This document shows positions 54,652 through 64,000 of a DNA stretch of 64,000 bases, piece after piece (position 1 is the first letter of the stretch; each line of letters opens with the position of its first letter). The notes below the pieces were generated by a model. The model was not told where the DNA came from. It did not search any database and worked only from the letters and a program-made list of their open reading frames with translations. The DNA lies in assembly GCA_035504095.1 (NCBI GenBank), contig DATJSN010000070.1:12248-76247 (forward strand). Direction: 5' to 3'. Both the position numbers and the translations under genes were made by a program. The DNA is from Phycisphaerae bacterium. GTDB taxonomy: Bacteria; Planctomycetota; Phycisphaerae; WQYP01.

Positions 54652-55563
54652 TCAGGCCGGAAGCTTAAAAAATAGCTGGGGCGTCATCCGTGCGGCATAT
54701 TCTTTAAACACGCGCACTGAGCGTGGCATATAACGATTGCCAAGATGAACCAGTGAAAGGTCAAATAAACAAAAATGCCACATGGGCATAACTTCGACCA
54801 ACCGTCTCTGTCGCAACAACTCGGGCTGTACGATTGGCGGCAATTCCCCAATGCCGACTCCCGCCAGCAATGCGGTTGCCAGACCGGCATAATCGTTCAT
54901 TGCAATATATGGTTCGAACGATATCGTCTCTTTTGTTTTCCCATCGACATGGAAGAAGCTCCAGCTATAGTCAGGCTTCCAGAATGAAAATGCCAGCAGC
55001 CGGTGATTCAGAAGATCTTGGGGCGTTTGGGGATGCTTGCTCTTCTTCAGATAAGCCGGGCTGGCCACAAGTTGATGCCGGTAAGTTAACAGCCGCCGCG
55101 CCACAAGCGTTGAATCCTTCAGCGGGCCGACCCTGAACGCCACGTCAACTCCTTCTGCGATCTGGTCAACAATGCGATCAGTAATGAAAACCTGAACGCG
55201 TACGTCCGGATAAGCTGCCTGAAATCCATTCAATAGTGGCGCAATTAACGAGTCGGAAATACTCGGCGGCGCGGCGAGGCGCAACGTGCCGGAAACGTTT
55301 GTCAAATGATTCGAGACCACATGATCGATGGCGCTGCTTAGTTCGATGGTGTGCCTGGCGTGCTCAAGAACTTCCGAACCGATATCCGTAAGCCGAAGGC
55401 TGCGCGTCGATCGTTCCAGAAGCTGCACGCCAAGCTGATCTTCAAGTTCCGCAATCCGGCGGCTTACCGTCGAGATCGGCATTTTGAGTCGTCGCGACGC
55501 TTCCGAAAAACTACTCGACTCCACGATCCGGGCGAAGATGATCAGTGAATTGAGGTCCATCAT
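54652..55563 (-). CDS. LysR-family transcriptional regulator
   Basis: Trimmed to ATGATG 55563 (GGGAGA upstream). It has HTH FARIVESSSFSEASRRLKMPISTVSRRIAELEDQLGVQLLERSTRSLRLT plus a LysR substrate-binding domain. Confidence 0.88.
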   Translation of the reverse strand: MMDLNSLIIFARIVESSSFSEASRRLKMPISTVSRRIAELEDQLGVQLLERSTRSLRLTDIGSEVLEHARHTIELSSAIDHVVSNHLTNVSGTLRLAAPPSISDSLIAPLLNGFQAAYPDVRVQVFITDRIVDQIAEGVDVAFRVGPLKDSTLVARRLLTYRHQLVASPAYLKKSKHPQTPQDLLNHRLLAFSFWKPDYSWSFFHVDGKTKETISFEPYIAMNDYAGLATALLAGVGIGELPPIVQPELLRQRRLVEVMPMWHFCLFDLSLVHLGNRYMPRSVRVFKEYAARMTPQLFFKLPA

Positions 55564-55667
55564 ATTCTCCCAATTATGGGAAAGTAATTTCCATTTTTCC
55601 CATCTTGTGGATAATGTCAAGGCCCCTATATCATTCGTCAACTGTAAATTCAAGTAAGGACATAACT

Positions 55668-56918
55668 ATGAGTTCTAATCGGCGCGAGGTCTCCACAGCG
55701 GCTGAATTAATAGCGGCCGCACGCGACGCCAGCGTCGGTCGCATCGTCATCTCGGCGGATTTAACCGGGGTGCCGGCGCTGCGCCTTTCTCCCGGTCAAA
55801 CACTGACCGCGTCTGATTTAAATAAAACCATTCGCTTTGCGGATGGCCAGGATGGCATACAGCTTTCCGCCAATAACACCGTCGAAAATCTCCAGCTCAT
55901 AACCACTCCCGATAAACGGGTGCTTTTCAATGACACTACCGTCGACGATTTTGGCCGTTTTGATTTGCGTAATGTCAAACTCACTGGCGTAACACTGCTT
56001 CTGGCCGCAGACCGCATTCGTGCCGGCCATGTCGATGCTCACAACATCGACATCGTCTCCGCGGACGCTCGCTGGTATAACGTTCGGCCTAAAGGCTATG
56101 GCGTGGAAGTCATTCCTGGCGCATTCACCTTGTGGAATCAGCAGCTTGATTCTGCCGTCACAATTACCGCCGACCTTACCGCCCTTAGAGCGGGCCGCCC
56201 GAAGGCGCCCGTATTCGGAAGCGGAATTTTCGTCGGCGGAGCTGGCGATACAGGCGGTAAATTGGTCGTCCATCGATTAGAAACTCTCGGAGTCTATAGC
56301 CAGGGAGGAATTGCCCAGGGTACACCTGACCGGATTTCCGGCGGAGTCTTTACCGTTTACGGTGCATTCGTGGACACGGTCCACACTTTTGGTCCGGTCA
56401 CCACCTACGGCCCCAACGATATGGTTCTGGATAACTGGGGCGTCGTCGACCGCTGGATTTCAGAGGAAAAAATAACCTCGCATGGTCCAAGCGGGATTGG
56501 ATTCGTAAATTTCGGCACAATTAATCTACTCCAGATTAAAGCGCCAATCGAAACCTTTGGCCTCGGGGCGCGCGGATTTAATGTCTATTCGGGAACGGTA
56601 AAGTCCGCCGAATTCGAGCGAATTGTTACTCACGGAGATGGGGCAGTCGGAATTCAAATCAGCCAGCCTGTCGGTGACATCACTGTGCTTCGCGGCATTG
56701 AAACTTTTGGCGGTACGGGCGAATCACTGGTCAAAGGCGTCGTCACCAAGCTTTCGGCAATCGCCCTGAGCATGAAGCCCGGAGGATCGGTGCGCAAATT
56801 AGACATCGCGGGTGGATTGACTACGCACGGCCCGGGCATTGCACCCCTTGAATTGCACGGCAATGTGGAATTGCTTCACATAACCGGCGGAACCTCTGCG
56901 CTCGGCGATAGGGTATGA
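55668..56918 (+). CDS. Hypothetical protein, probably beta-helix-like, no signal peptide
   Basis: Trimmed to ATG 55668 (AAGGAC 8 nt upstream). 416 aa, Gly/Val/Thr-rich, with short beta-strand periodicity (..GVEVIPG.., GIFVGGAG, GGVFTVYG, GIGFVNFG, GARGFNVYSG, GAVGIQIS). I recognise no family. It is divergent from the LysR gene. Confidence 0.45.
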   Translation: MSSNRREVSTAAELIAAARDASVGRIVISADLTGVPALRLSPGQTLTASDLNKTIRFADGQDGIQLSANNTVENLQLITTPDKRVLFNDTTVDDFGRFDLRNVKLTGVTLLLAADRIRAGHVDAHNIDIVSADARWYNVRPKGYGVEVIPGAFTLWNQQLDSAVTITADLTALRAGRPKAPVFGSGIFVGGAGDTGGKLVVHRLETLGVYSQGGIAQGTPDRISGGVFTVYGAFVDTVHTFGPVTTYGPNDMVLDNWGVVDRWISEEKITSHGPSGIGFVNFGTINLLQIKAPIETFGLGARGFNVYSGTVKSAEFERIVTHGDGAVGIQISQPVGDITVLRGIETFGGTGESLVKGVVTKLSAIALSMKPGGSVRKLDIAGGLTTHGPGIAPLELHGNVELLHITGGTSALGDRV

Positions 56919-56967
56919 TATTTTTAACAACCGTCATTCTTGCCTCGCAGAGGCGGGACGCCGAAAA

Positions 56968-57459
56968 TCAAAGAATTTCAAAAATGCTGTAGAGCGGACC
57001 GTCGGGAAGCCGGTGGCCAATACCGATCGCGATAATGCGGTTTATCCAGTCATATTTTGGCGAACTGGTCTCGAACATGGGATTCATGCGGAAATAGTAG
57101 TTCATTGGATCGACTGTCTCGCCCCGGTCCAGTTTCTCTATGATGCTTGGCGGACCGGCACGCAAACACTGATAAGTCATGACGATCAATGCCCCATCTG
57201 TCGTCCTTAACACAAGCCGCACATCTAACCTGATGCACGAATCAGTGCGAACCGATTGCGCGTCGAGGCCGGCAACAACTTCACCGGATAGCCGCTCGCC
57301 TTCGAATGAACCTCCTTGAACGATTCCGATGCGGCGGAACACGTCAGGCGTTTGACCGACAACCAATAGCGGCGGCACTTTCTCGCGCAACACGAACAAG
57401 GGCCGGGTTTTCAGACTCTTGAGCGATTCGGGCAATTCTTTACTCAGCGAATTCGACAT
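56968..57459 (-). CDS. DUF3237-family protein
   Basis: 163 aa. RRIGIVQGGSFEGERLSGEVVAGLDAQSVRTDSCIRLDVRLVLRTTDGALI resembles the DUF3237 (UPF0311) beta-barrel pattern. Confidence 0.55.
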   Translation of the reverse strand: MSNSLSKELPESLKSLKTRPLFVLREKVPPLLVVGQTPDVFRRIGIVQGGSFEGERLSGEVVAGLDAQSVRTDSCIRLDVRLVLRTTDGALIVMTYQCLRAGPPSIIEKLDRGETVDPMNYYFRMNPMFETSSPKYDWINRIIAIGIGHRLPDGPLYSIFEIL

Positions 57460-57606
57460 GATGTTCTCCTTTGAGTCTTAGGGTCCAAACCCAATTAAGG
57501 ATCTGTTAAGCGATTGATGATTCGAGGTTATGAGCAGCGAAGGAGTAAGATCGCTCAGTAATTGGACGCCTCCACAAACTCGTCTATACGATTGCAGGAG
57601 TACGGA

Positions 57607-58494
57607 CTACGCGACCATCGCGGGAATGGCCACTTGCAGGAAGTCTTCCAATGACGTCGGTTCTTCGCCGGTGAGGTCCTTTACTACTGGACTGAGGATC
57701 GCTTGATAACCACGAGCGGCTTCTTCATCCAGTTCCCGCACGCTTCTTGCCGCGAACTGCGGGATACCGGCAGCCATGAGACCTTTTTCGACCTCTTCCG
57801 GGGCCACGTTTACGTGTTGGATGGACTTTCCAGAGAAGCGCGAGAGGAGACTCGCAACCTGTTCGTGCGTTACCGAGGCCGGACCTGTCACGTCATAGAT
57901 GGCTTTACCAGTGGAGTTGAGCAGAGCCGCCGCAGCCACTTTTGCACAGTCCTGGCGGGTGACATAGGAGCGGCCCTGAGACCCGGTTGCGGAAATCAGC
58001 TTGCCAGTCTTCAAGGCGAATTGTGCAAACCTAAGGATGACCTCTGCGTATAAATTGTTCCGCAGAATCGTCCAGTCAAGTCCGCTTTCGAACAACGCAA
58101 CCTCTGTCCAAAAATGATCGTCAGGAACCGAGGGTCCGGTCGTCGGATGAGCGTTAGGCAGCGACGTGTAAGCGATATGCTTCACCTCTGCGCTCAGGGC
58201 GGCCTGGATCGCTGCACGGTGCTGCTTGATGCGTACTTCGGGCGCGTGCAGTGAATCGGTGCTGATGAGCAGCAGGCGATCTACCCCTGCAAACGCCTTC
58301 TGCAAGGTCTCCGGACGATCGAAATCCGCCTCTCGCTCCTCCACACCTAACGCAACAAGTTCCTGATTCTTTCCAGGGGTACGCGTCGCTGCGATTACTT
58401 TCTCCGCTCCGAGCCGTCGAAGCTCCGTCACAACAGCCTTTCCAAGATTTCCGCTGGCACCTGTTACGAGAATCCGCTTATCCGTGAAACTCAT
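57607..58494 (-). CDS. NmrA-like / atypical SDR NAD(P)H-binding oxidoreductase
   Basis: 295 aa with [18 protein letters not shown] and an NmrA-like C-terminal region. Confidence 0.75.
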   Translation of the reverse strand: MSFTDKRILVTGASGNLGKAVVTELRRLGAEKVIAATRTPGKNQELVALGVEEREADFDRPETLQKAFAGVDRLLLISTDSLHAPEVRIKQHRAAIQAALSAEVKHIAYTSLPNAHPTTGPSVPDDHFWTEVALFESGLDWTILRNNLYAEVILRFAQFALKTGKLISATGSQGRSYVTRQDCAKVAAAALLNSTGKAIYDVTGPASVTHEQVASLLSRFSGKSIQHVNVAPEEVEKGLMAAGIPQFAARSVRELDEEAARGYQAILSPVVKDLTGEEPTSLEDFLQVAIPAMVA

Positions 58495-58723
58495 GTTCTA
58501 CACCTCAAGAAACAAGCCATACTGATACCTATTTTTCCAAACATCATTGCGCCAAGGCAATATGGACTAACTTTGATTCCGGTTCGGCCTAAAGCACGGT
58601 AGTGCATGTCGATTTCCTTTTTGTTCCTGTAAAAATCTGCCCTTTTGAGCTATAAAAAAATGCGGAACATGGATCCGATTAGCGAAACAGTCATTTCAGA
58701 GTTCGTTGGATCATCTTTGCGTC

Positions 58724-59590
58724 TCATAGGAATTCCGCCAGAGCCTTGTAAAGTGCCGCAGGCTGCTCCTCCGGAACAAAATGACCTGAATTGGGAATCA
58801 CCACAGGTGTTATGTCCTGAAAGTAAGGCCGCAGCGAGTCTCCCATCGTCGGAATGGCGTATTGTCCGCCCACCGCCAGGAGACGGATGGAGAGTTTGCT
58901 TTTGAATTGTGTTTTGTTGAATTCCATGTCCACGAGTATTTGGCGGCAATAGTCGAAAGCCGCGTCCATTCGGCCCTCTCGCGCATACGCCTGCACATAC
59001 GCGGCCACGTCGCTCGGGGGAATCGCTCCTGGCGTGTGCACTTTATTTTTAAACCACCATCCGACGTAGATGTCTTCTTTCCCCTTGGTGAGCTCAACGG
59101 GCAAATCAGGAAGCATCTGAAAAATAAAATTCCACTTCCGTTTGTAGTCCGACAATTGAATCTCATTGAGTAAAGTGACGCCTGGAATTCCCGCGTCGAT
59201 AAGCGTAAGCGACTTGAAATCGTCGGGGAAAAGAAGCACCCAGCTATATGCAACCCATGCGCCAAAATCGTGGGCCACGACGTGCAGCGGCGCGCCCAGA
59301 TTCCCAACGAACTCATGAAAGACTCTCGCCACATTCTCCGTTGTCGCCGGGGCTGCAAGGATCCCAGAGTCCCCGAAACTCGGTAAGTCGGCCGGAATGG
59401 CCTGGAAATTTTTAGTTAACAACGGAATCAGCCTGTTCCAGGACCGGCGTGTCTGCGGAAACCCCGAAATCAGCAGGACTTTTTCTCCATTTCCAATTTG
59501 GTCGAACGCGATCTTCTTTGCCTCCATCGCTGCAGCCGTTGCAGCTATCTTTTGCGAATAGTCCATTGGTGAACTCTCCTTCGAATGCAA
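58724..59590 (-). CDS. Alpha/beta hydrolase with Asp nucleophile (epoxide hydrolase / haloacetate dehalogenase-like)
   Basis: 288 aa with LLISGFPQTRRSW and nucleophile elbow VVAHDFGAWVAY (Asp, not Ser). The C-terminal SGHFVPEEQP carries the catalytic His. Confidence 0.7.
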   Translation of the reverse strand: MHSKESSPMDYSQKIAATAAAMEAKKIAFDQIGNGEKVLLISGFPQTRRSWNRLIPLLTKNFQAIPADLPSFGDSGILAAPATTENVARVFHEFVGNLGAPLHVVAHDFGAWVAYSWVLLFPDDFKSLTLIDAGIPGVTLLNEIQLSDYKRKWNFIFQMLPDLPVELTKGKEDIYVGWWFKNKVHTPGAIPPSDVAAYVQAYAREGRMDAAFDYCRQILVDMEFNKTQFKSKLSIRLLAVGGQYAIPTMGDSLRPYFQDITPVVIPNSGHFVPEEQPAALYKALAEFL

Positions 59591-59676
59591 ACTGACTAAG
59601 AACCTCTAACGAATTACCGTTGTTAATTTCGCCGGTTCTTGCGATTTTGTATCAGCTCGCGATGACCTACAGCAAT

Positions 59677-60387
59677 TCATTCCAGTACCTCTTCCAGGAA
59701 TGCCACCATGGTTTGCCAGGATCGGCGTTCAGCCTGCGGGTGCATCGCGGCCTCGAGCGTGTGTGCGCCGGCCGATCCTTCACCGGTAAATCCGTGGCTC
59801 GCGTCTGAATACAATATGACCTGCCAGTTGGCTTGTGCCTGGCGCATCTCATCGCAGAATGCCAGCAGCCTCTCCAAAGGGACAACCGGGTCGGCATCGC
59901 CATGAAGCACAAGAACCTTCGCTTTAATCGTGCCGCGCTGGGCCGGCAAAGGTGCAGTGAGAACGCCGTGCAAACTCACGACACCGCGCAGAGGCGCGCC
60001 GCTGCGGGCAAATTCCAATACGCCGCATCCACCAAAGCAATATCCGATCGCGGCGACACGGTCGCCATCGCATTCAGGCCGGTTCTCAAGCACTGTCGCG
60101 CCCGCCAACATGCGCTGACGATAAGCGAGCCGGTCGGTCATCAGGGGCCGGATCACCTCGAGCGGGCATTGCGGCGGCGCGGGACGCACGCCGGCGCCTA
60201 AAGCATCGACCACAAACACCGCATAATCCAAATCAGCAAGCTGATCCGCCCGCGCACACAGACTTGACGTAACATTCATCCATGATGGAGCAATCAGCAC
60301 TCCCGGCCTGCGGCCGGCCGAACGCGGGGCGGCGAAGTAGCCCTCCAATGGCTGATCACCGTCGCGGTATTTAATAAACATTCCCAT
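59677..60387 (-). CDS. Dienelactone hydrolase family protein
   Basis: Trimmed to ATG 60387, 10 nt after the upstream stop. It has LEGYFAAP...GVLIAPSW, nucleophile region AAIGYCFGGCGV (Cys-type DLH elbow) and LVLHGDADPVVP. Confidence 0.75.
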   Translation of the reverse strand: MGMFIKYRDGDQPLEGYFAAPRSAGRRPGVLIAPSWMNVTSSLCARADQLADLDYAVFVVDALGAGVRPAPPQCPLEVIRPLMTDRLAYRQRMLAGATVLENRPECDGDRVAAIGYCFGGCGVLEFARSGAPLRGVVSLHGVLTAPLPAQRGTIKAKVLVLHGDADPVVPLERLLAFCDEMRQAQANWQVILYSDASHGFTGEGSAGAHTLEAAMHPQAERRSWQTMVAFLEEVLE

Positions 60388-60397
60388 CCCGACACCG

Positions 60398-62137
60398 TTA
60401 TGCCGTAGCCAGGCTGGCTGGGCGCCCAAGAATGCGATGAACACACGTCACCGCGAGGGCTCCATCGCCGATAGCAAACGCCACGCGCTTGGTCGTGCCG
60501 CTGCGGCAGTCGCCGGCGGCCAGCACACCTGGCATGCTGGTCTCCAGCGGACACGGAACATCTTCTAGCCGCCAGTTTGGCCTGGCGGCAACATCGACCC
60601 CGGTAAGCACATATCCCATTGCGTCCTTATCGATTTGGGGCGGCAGAAAGTCGGTTCTCGGTTTGGCCCCGATAAAGATGAACAGTCCCTGGCAGCATTC
60701 CCATACTCTTTCGCCGCTCTCGTGTTGCAGCGCAATTTCCTGGAGGTGCTCGATTCCCTTGATAGCGGCGACCTGCGTGTTGTACCGCACATCCACTTTG
60801 TCGTTCGCCAAAAGCCTCTCAGCCAGATAAGTGGACATCCCCTTGAGACTGTTACCACGGACGACCAGCGATACGCGTTCGGCGAACTGCGAGAGGAACA
60901 TCGCGGCCTGCCCGGCCGAGTTTCCCGCTCCGACAATGTGAACTATGCCGCGCTCGCATGTGACAGCCTCAATATTGGTGGCGTTGTAATAAACGCCGGG
61001 TCCATGCAACGCGTCGATTCCGGCCACGTCAAGCAGCCGGTATGAGACGCCCGTCGCGATCACCACTGCGCGTGTGTCTATGGAATCTCCTTCGGCAGTC
61101 AAAATTTTGTACGATCCATCATCTTGCCGGGTGAATCCAGATACCGTTGCCGGGATCAAAAACTCAGCGCCAAACTTAAGGGCTTGTAGATAAGAAAGAT
61201 GGGCCAGATCCCTGCCGCTGATACCATTGGGGAAGCCGGCGTAATTCTCAATCCGCGAACTTGCCCCTGCCTGCCCTCCCGGCCCCGCCTGATCCAGCAC
61301 CAGCGTAGAGAGTCCCTCCGAAGCGGCGTATACCGCCGCTCCCAGCCCTGATGGTCCTCCGCCGAGGATCAAAACGTCATACGTTTTCCTCGGCAGCGTG
61401 CGGCGAAGTCCGATGTATTGTGCAAGTTCAGCCTTTGTCGGAGCCTCGAAGATAATCCCACTGCCATGTGTCACCACGGGAAATTTTTGGCCCGCGCTGC
61501 GGTATTGCCGCGTTTCGGCCGAGTCCACCGCCGAGGTGTCAAGCCAACAGTGTGGAACAGCGTTGCGGAAGAGAAAATCAATGATCTCCAGCGTGTGCCG
61601 GTCGGTTTTGCTGCCATACACGCCTAGCCCGCGAAATTTCGACGCCAGCAGAATCTCCCGGCGGCGCTGGAAAGATTTCCAATATCGCTCGCCCAGGACC
61701 GGCCGTCGGGCAAACATCTCGCGTAGTCTGGCCGGCGTCATGCGAAGAGCTTTGACGGCGGTTTCAGCCTCGCATGTGACAACCGACCGTCGGCCTGTGA
61801 ACAGGTCTATGTCGCCCGAAAAGTAGCCCGGACCATATTGGACGAAACGGATTCGCTCTCCGCTCGAGATATCAATGATTCGGACCTGGCCTGAAAGAAT
61901 GGTGTAACTGTTAAACGGATAGTCACCCGCGTTAAACAGCGCTTCATCGGGCTCGAATGAACACGGCTCACCAAACTCCGCCACGGTTGCCAGTTCAGCT
62001 TCACTCAGGTGCGGGTAGGCCACATGGTCGGATAGTGGATTTTCCCATCCTTCAATGGTGTCGTTGGCCAACTTGCGATCGGCACACCCGCCAAACCGAA
62101 AATCTCCACGATCTGAACACATCTCAGGTGTCCCCAC
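60398..62137 (-). CDS. cNMP-binding domain + Grx-like linker + TrxR-fold flavoprotein (no CxxC), paralog of 42352-44040
   Basis: 579 aa with the same three-part architecture (GYFSGDIDLFTGRRS; IIDFLFRNAVPHCWLD; ILGGGPSGLGAAVYAASEG; IVGAGNSAGQAAMFL). The CATC position reads NATNIE. Confidence 0.8.
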   Translation of the reverse strand: MGTPEMCSDRGDFRFGGCADRKLANDTIEGWENPLSDHVAYPHLSEAELATVAEFGEPCSFEPDEALFNAGDYPFNSYTILSGQVRIIDISSGERIRFVQYGPGYFSGDIDLFTGRRSVVTCEAETAVKALRMTPARLREMFARRPVLGERYWKSFQRRREILLASKFRGLGVYGSKTDRHTLEIIDFLFRNAVPHCWLDTSAVDSAETRQYRSAGQKFPVVTHGSGIIFEAPTKAELAQYIGLRRTLPRKTYDVLILGGGPSGLGAAVYAASEGLSTLVLDQAGPGGQAGASSRIENYAGFPNGISGRDLAHLSYLQALKFGAEFLIPATVSGFTRQDDGSYKILTAEGDSIDTRAVVIATGVSYRLLDVAGIDALHGPGVYYNATNIEAVTCERGIVHIVGAGNSAGQAAMFLSQFAERVSLVVRGNSLKGMSTYLAERLLANDKVDVRYNTQVAAIKGIEHLQEIALQHESGERVWECCQGLFIFIGAKPRTDFLPPQIDKDAMGYVLTGVDVAARPNWRLEDVPCPLETSMPGVLAAGDCRSGTTKRVAFAIGDGALAVTCVHRILGRPASLATA

Positions 62138-62194
62138 GGTTGCTTGATAAATTAATCAACCGGCCACGAAGAAAAATCTCTTTAACACGGCGCA

Positions 62195-63367
62195 TCAAAA
62201 GAAATAGCCCGGAGGCTTTACATTCCCTCGCATGACATAGCCATTGTGCGACATTTCCATCCGCATCTTCTCAATCACAAAAAAAGCATTGTCCTTCATG
62301 AGAACATCAACACCGTTGAGCCGCTCCGGCCAAGTTTTGCCATTTGACGTCGTTTTCTCGAGCATCTTCTTGACGACCCAATTAGTACAGGCGTCGAAGT
62401 ACGAAGCTTCTGCCCATCGATACGAAGCGCGATACGGGCCCTGGAGTTGTTTGATGAAGTACCCGAATTCGATGGTCAACAGCGCTTCGTGCGCGAACGT
62501 CAAAAGGTCCTGCAGGAACTCTCGTCCCTCTTCTACCGCCGCACGCCCTCCTAATCGCGACACATGCCCCGAAACAACCTGTGCAAAGTCATAACTCAAC
62601 ACCTGATCGTATGCTTGAATGTAGCCCGACATGTTCTCCGACATGTCACAGCTTCTGAACGTGCTCCATCCTGGGCTGGCGATATCGATGGCCGCTAGAA
62701 TTTTTGGACCAGGCACATAAACGAAAATCAGCCCTTCGGAGTGATTCTGACCCTTGTACGACATTTCTACTTTGACCCCGTTCACATCAAGAGTCGAATC
62801 TTGAGAGAAAATTTCATTCGGCGGCGGCCGGTGCGGATCGGGGAACCGCTCCAAAAGCTCGCGCGTTTTTGCGTGACCGATTCGCGTGATTTTATCTCCA
62901 AACATCGCCGCTGCGCCAACGTGGTCGGCATGCCAATGACTGTAGATCATGTGCGTCACCGGTTCGTCGGTCATCTCCTCAATGGCGGAGAGCAGGTTTT
63001 CTCCCAATGAAGGAGGAGCATCCACAGCAATCACGCCGGCCCCTGTGCTAATGAACATGCAGTCGTAAGCGCCCGTGGTGACCCAGTATACGCCGCCCGC
63101 CAGTTCCTCGACGTGATAACCCTTAGTAAGTCGGTCTTCTGAAAACAGAATGCCGTAAGAGGATGCAGGCGGAATGGCAAAATCCTCGACGCGGCTGTAC
63201 GGAACGCCCAGAGGGCCCAGGTCAGTGATGAGCCACGAAGGCACCTGCAAGTTAGGATTGGGACCAGCGTCCGCAGCGGCAATCGATGGAAAGCGAGTCA
63301 AAGATAATGCTGCGGCAGAAGCGGTGATCCCACCGGTCTGGAGAAGAAATGATCTGCGGTTTAACAT
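62195..63367 (-). CDS. Tat-exported metallo-beta-lactamase-fold hydrolase
   Basis: 390 aa with twin-arginine signal MLNRRSFLLQTGGITASAAAL and MBL motif MIYSHWHADHVG. Confidence 0.8.
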   Translation of the reverse strand: MLNRRSFLLQTGGITASAAALSLTRFPSIAAADAGPNPNLQVPSWLITDLGPLGVPYSRVEDFAIPPASSYGILFSEDRLTKGYHVEELAGGVYWVTTGAYDCMFISTGAGVIAVDAPPSLGENLLSAIEEMTDEPVTHMIYSHWHADHVGAAAMFGDKITRIGHAKTRELLERFPDPHRPPPNEIFSQDSTLDVNGVKVEMSYKGQNHSEGLIFVYVPGPKILAAIDIASPGWSTFRSCDMSENMSGYIQAYDQVLSYDFAQVVSGHVSRLGGRAAVEEGREFLQDLLTFAHEALLTIEFGYFIKQLQGPYRASYRWAEASYFDACTNWVVKKMLEKTTSNGKTWPERLNGVDVLMKDNAFFVIEKMRMEMSHNGYVMRGNVKPPGYFF

Positions 63368-63400
63368 ATATAACTCCTACAAAAATTCTTGATTCTGGCA

Positions 63401-64000
63401 CTATTCCCGTGACTCGGTTTTTAAGAATGTTCCGCGATGGAGTTCATCAAACGCCTCGCGCAGTTGTTCTTGTGTGTTCATGACAATCGGCCCATACCAC
63501 GCCACCGGCTCCTGAAGTGGCTTTCCTGAGACCAGCAGAAACCGAAGGCCCTCGTCACCCGCCTGCACCACGACTTCCTCGCCATTGTCAAAGAGTATCA
63601 GGGAACAATTACTTGCTTCCGTGGGCGGGGTTGTGTCCCACCAGCCGACAGGTTCAGTCGGCACCGCGAGCGGACTGGACGCGTTGCAGAACTTGCCGCT
63701 GCCCGCAAAAACATACGCAAAGGCCTGCCGGTAGGTTTCCACTGGCAGAGACTTGCGATGGCCGGGAGCAACGGACACATCCAGATAAATTGGATCAGCC
63801 GCGATTCCATCAACAGGCCCGCGCTTTCCCCAGAAGTTGCCGCAAATTACTCGCACATGTGTGCCGTCATCATCGGTGATCTGGGGAATTTCCCCAGTTT
63901 TTATTTCCTGATAGCGAGGCTTGGTCATTTTTAGTGATGAAGGCAAATTTGCCCACAACTGGAATCCATGCATTCGGCCCGCTCGGTCTCCTTGGGGCAT
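63401..64000 (-). CDS. Pirin-family protein (C-terminal part; 5' end outside window)
   Basis: HGFQLWANLPSSLKMTKPRYQEI and WYGPIVMNTQEQLREAFDEL are typical of pirin. The ORF runs off the window edge. Confidence 0.8.
   Translation of the reverse strand: MPQGDRAGRMHGFQLWANLPSSLKMTKPRYQEIKTGEIPQITDDDGTHVRVICGNFWGKRGPVDGIAADPIYLDVSVAPGHRKSLPVETYRQAFAYVFAGSGKFCNASSPLAVPTEPVGWWDTTPPTEASNCSLILFDNGEEVVVQAGDEGLRFLLVSGKPLQEPVAWYGPIVMNTQEQLREAFDELHRGTFLKTESRE

Noticed and set aside
42352-62137. The two cNMP-flavoprotein paralogs are in inverted orientation about 16 kb apart, raising the possibility of an invertible segment.
   Set aside because: The proteins are only roughly 55-60% identical by eye in the best regions and I saw no long identical DNA blocks. 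Homologous recombination substrates are therefore unlikely.
1-64000. I looked for mobile elements, prophage, integrases, defence systems (RM, CBASS, retron, Cas) and att-like duplications of the tRNA-Val 3' end.
   Set aside because: No ORF in any frame shows transposase, integrase, reverse-transcriptase, nuclease-helicase or Cas hallmarks. The only selfish-type module is vapBC. I could not find a repeat of the tRNA 3' end by eye, but a computational repeat search would be needed to be sure.

Overview
Dense, chromosomal-looking 64-kb window with about 60 genes, one tRNA, and G+C well above 50% by eye. I found no rRNA, CRISPR array, transposase, integrase or phage genes. All calls come from motif and architecture recognition in the supplied translations plus reading the DNA directly. 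No database search was possible.

Several features suggest a PVC-superphylum (Planctomycetota/Verrucomicrobiota-like) bacterium, which is an inference only:
- a DUF1559 / H-X9-DG pseudopilin-like protein
- dksA-lspA synteny
- many secreted Sel1-repeat proteins
- a TPR-GT41 glycosyltransferase
- a PurS-PurS-PurL fusion

Layout:
1. 118-5902: purL, a vapBC toxin-antitoxin pair and a membrane PP2C/SpoIIE phosphatase.
2. 6073-8967: a tandem Sel1-repeat array with a decayed extra copy. Further Sel1 genes lie at 14707 and 44211.
3. 9360-14692: an amino-sugar locus (ROK regulator, NagB-LmbE fusion, SSF transporter) carrying a relic of a second ROK gene.
4. 16320-19884: housekeeping genes (hpt, rpsR, ferredoxin, dksA-lspA).
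5. 19918-29195: a UDP-sugar / envelope cluster ending in four unusual enzymes (lipoprotein esterase, ICMT-like methyltransferase, stand-alone condensation domain, ComF).
6. 29279-32951: tRNA-Val, a TPR-OGT-like protein and a beta-propeller lipoprotein.
7. 32952-39272: a minus-strand run of poorly characterised envelope proteins (atypical pseudopilin, two Cys-rich membrane paralogs, a JAMM protease back-to-back with a rhodanese, and a 1023-aa exported protein with a monothiol thioredoxin fold).
8. 39312-64000: a redox / electrophile-detoxification region interleaved with mqo-fumC-poxB. It includes two quinone oxidoreductases, a ring-cleaving dioxygenase, several alpha/beta hydrolases, dienelactone hydrolase, NmrA, an MBL-fold protein, pirin and two paralogous cNMP-binding TrxR-like flavoproteins lacking the CxxC disulfide.

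Three gene relics not evident in the ORF track were found by reading the DNA (a fourth, the Sel1 N-terminal fragment, appears there as a 75-aa ORF):
- a ROK 5' stub
- an internally deleted chloroperoxidase-like hydrolase
- a possible hydrolase C-terminal stub

The most interesting candidates for undescribed biology are the 32952-39272 envelope cluster, the 21263-24831 enzyme quartet and the cNMP-Grx-like-flavoprotein paralogs. None is proven by sequence alone.
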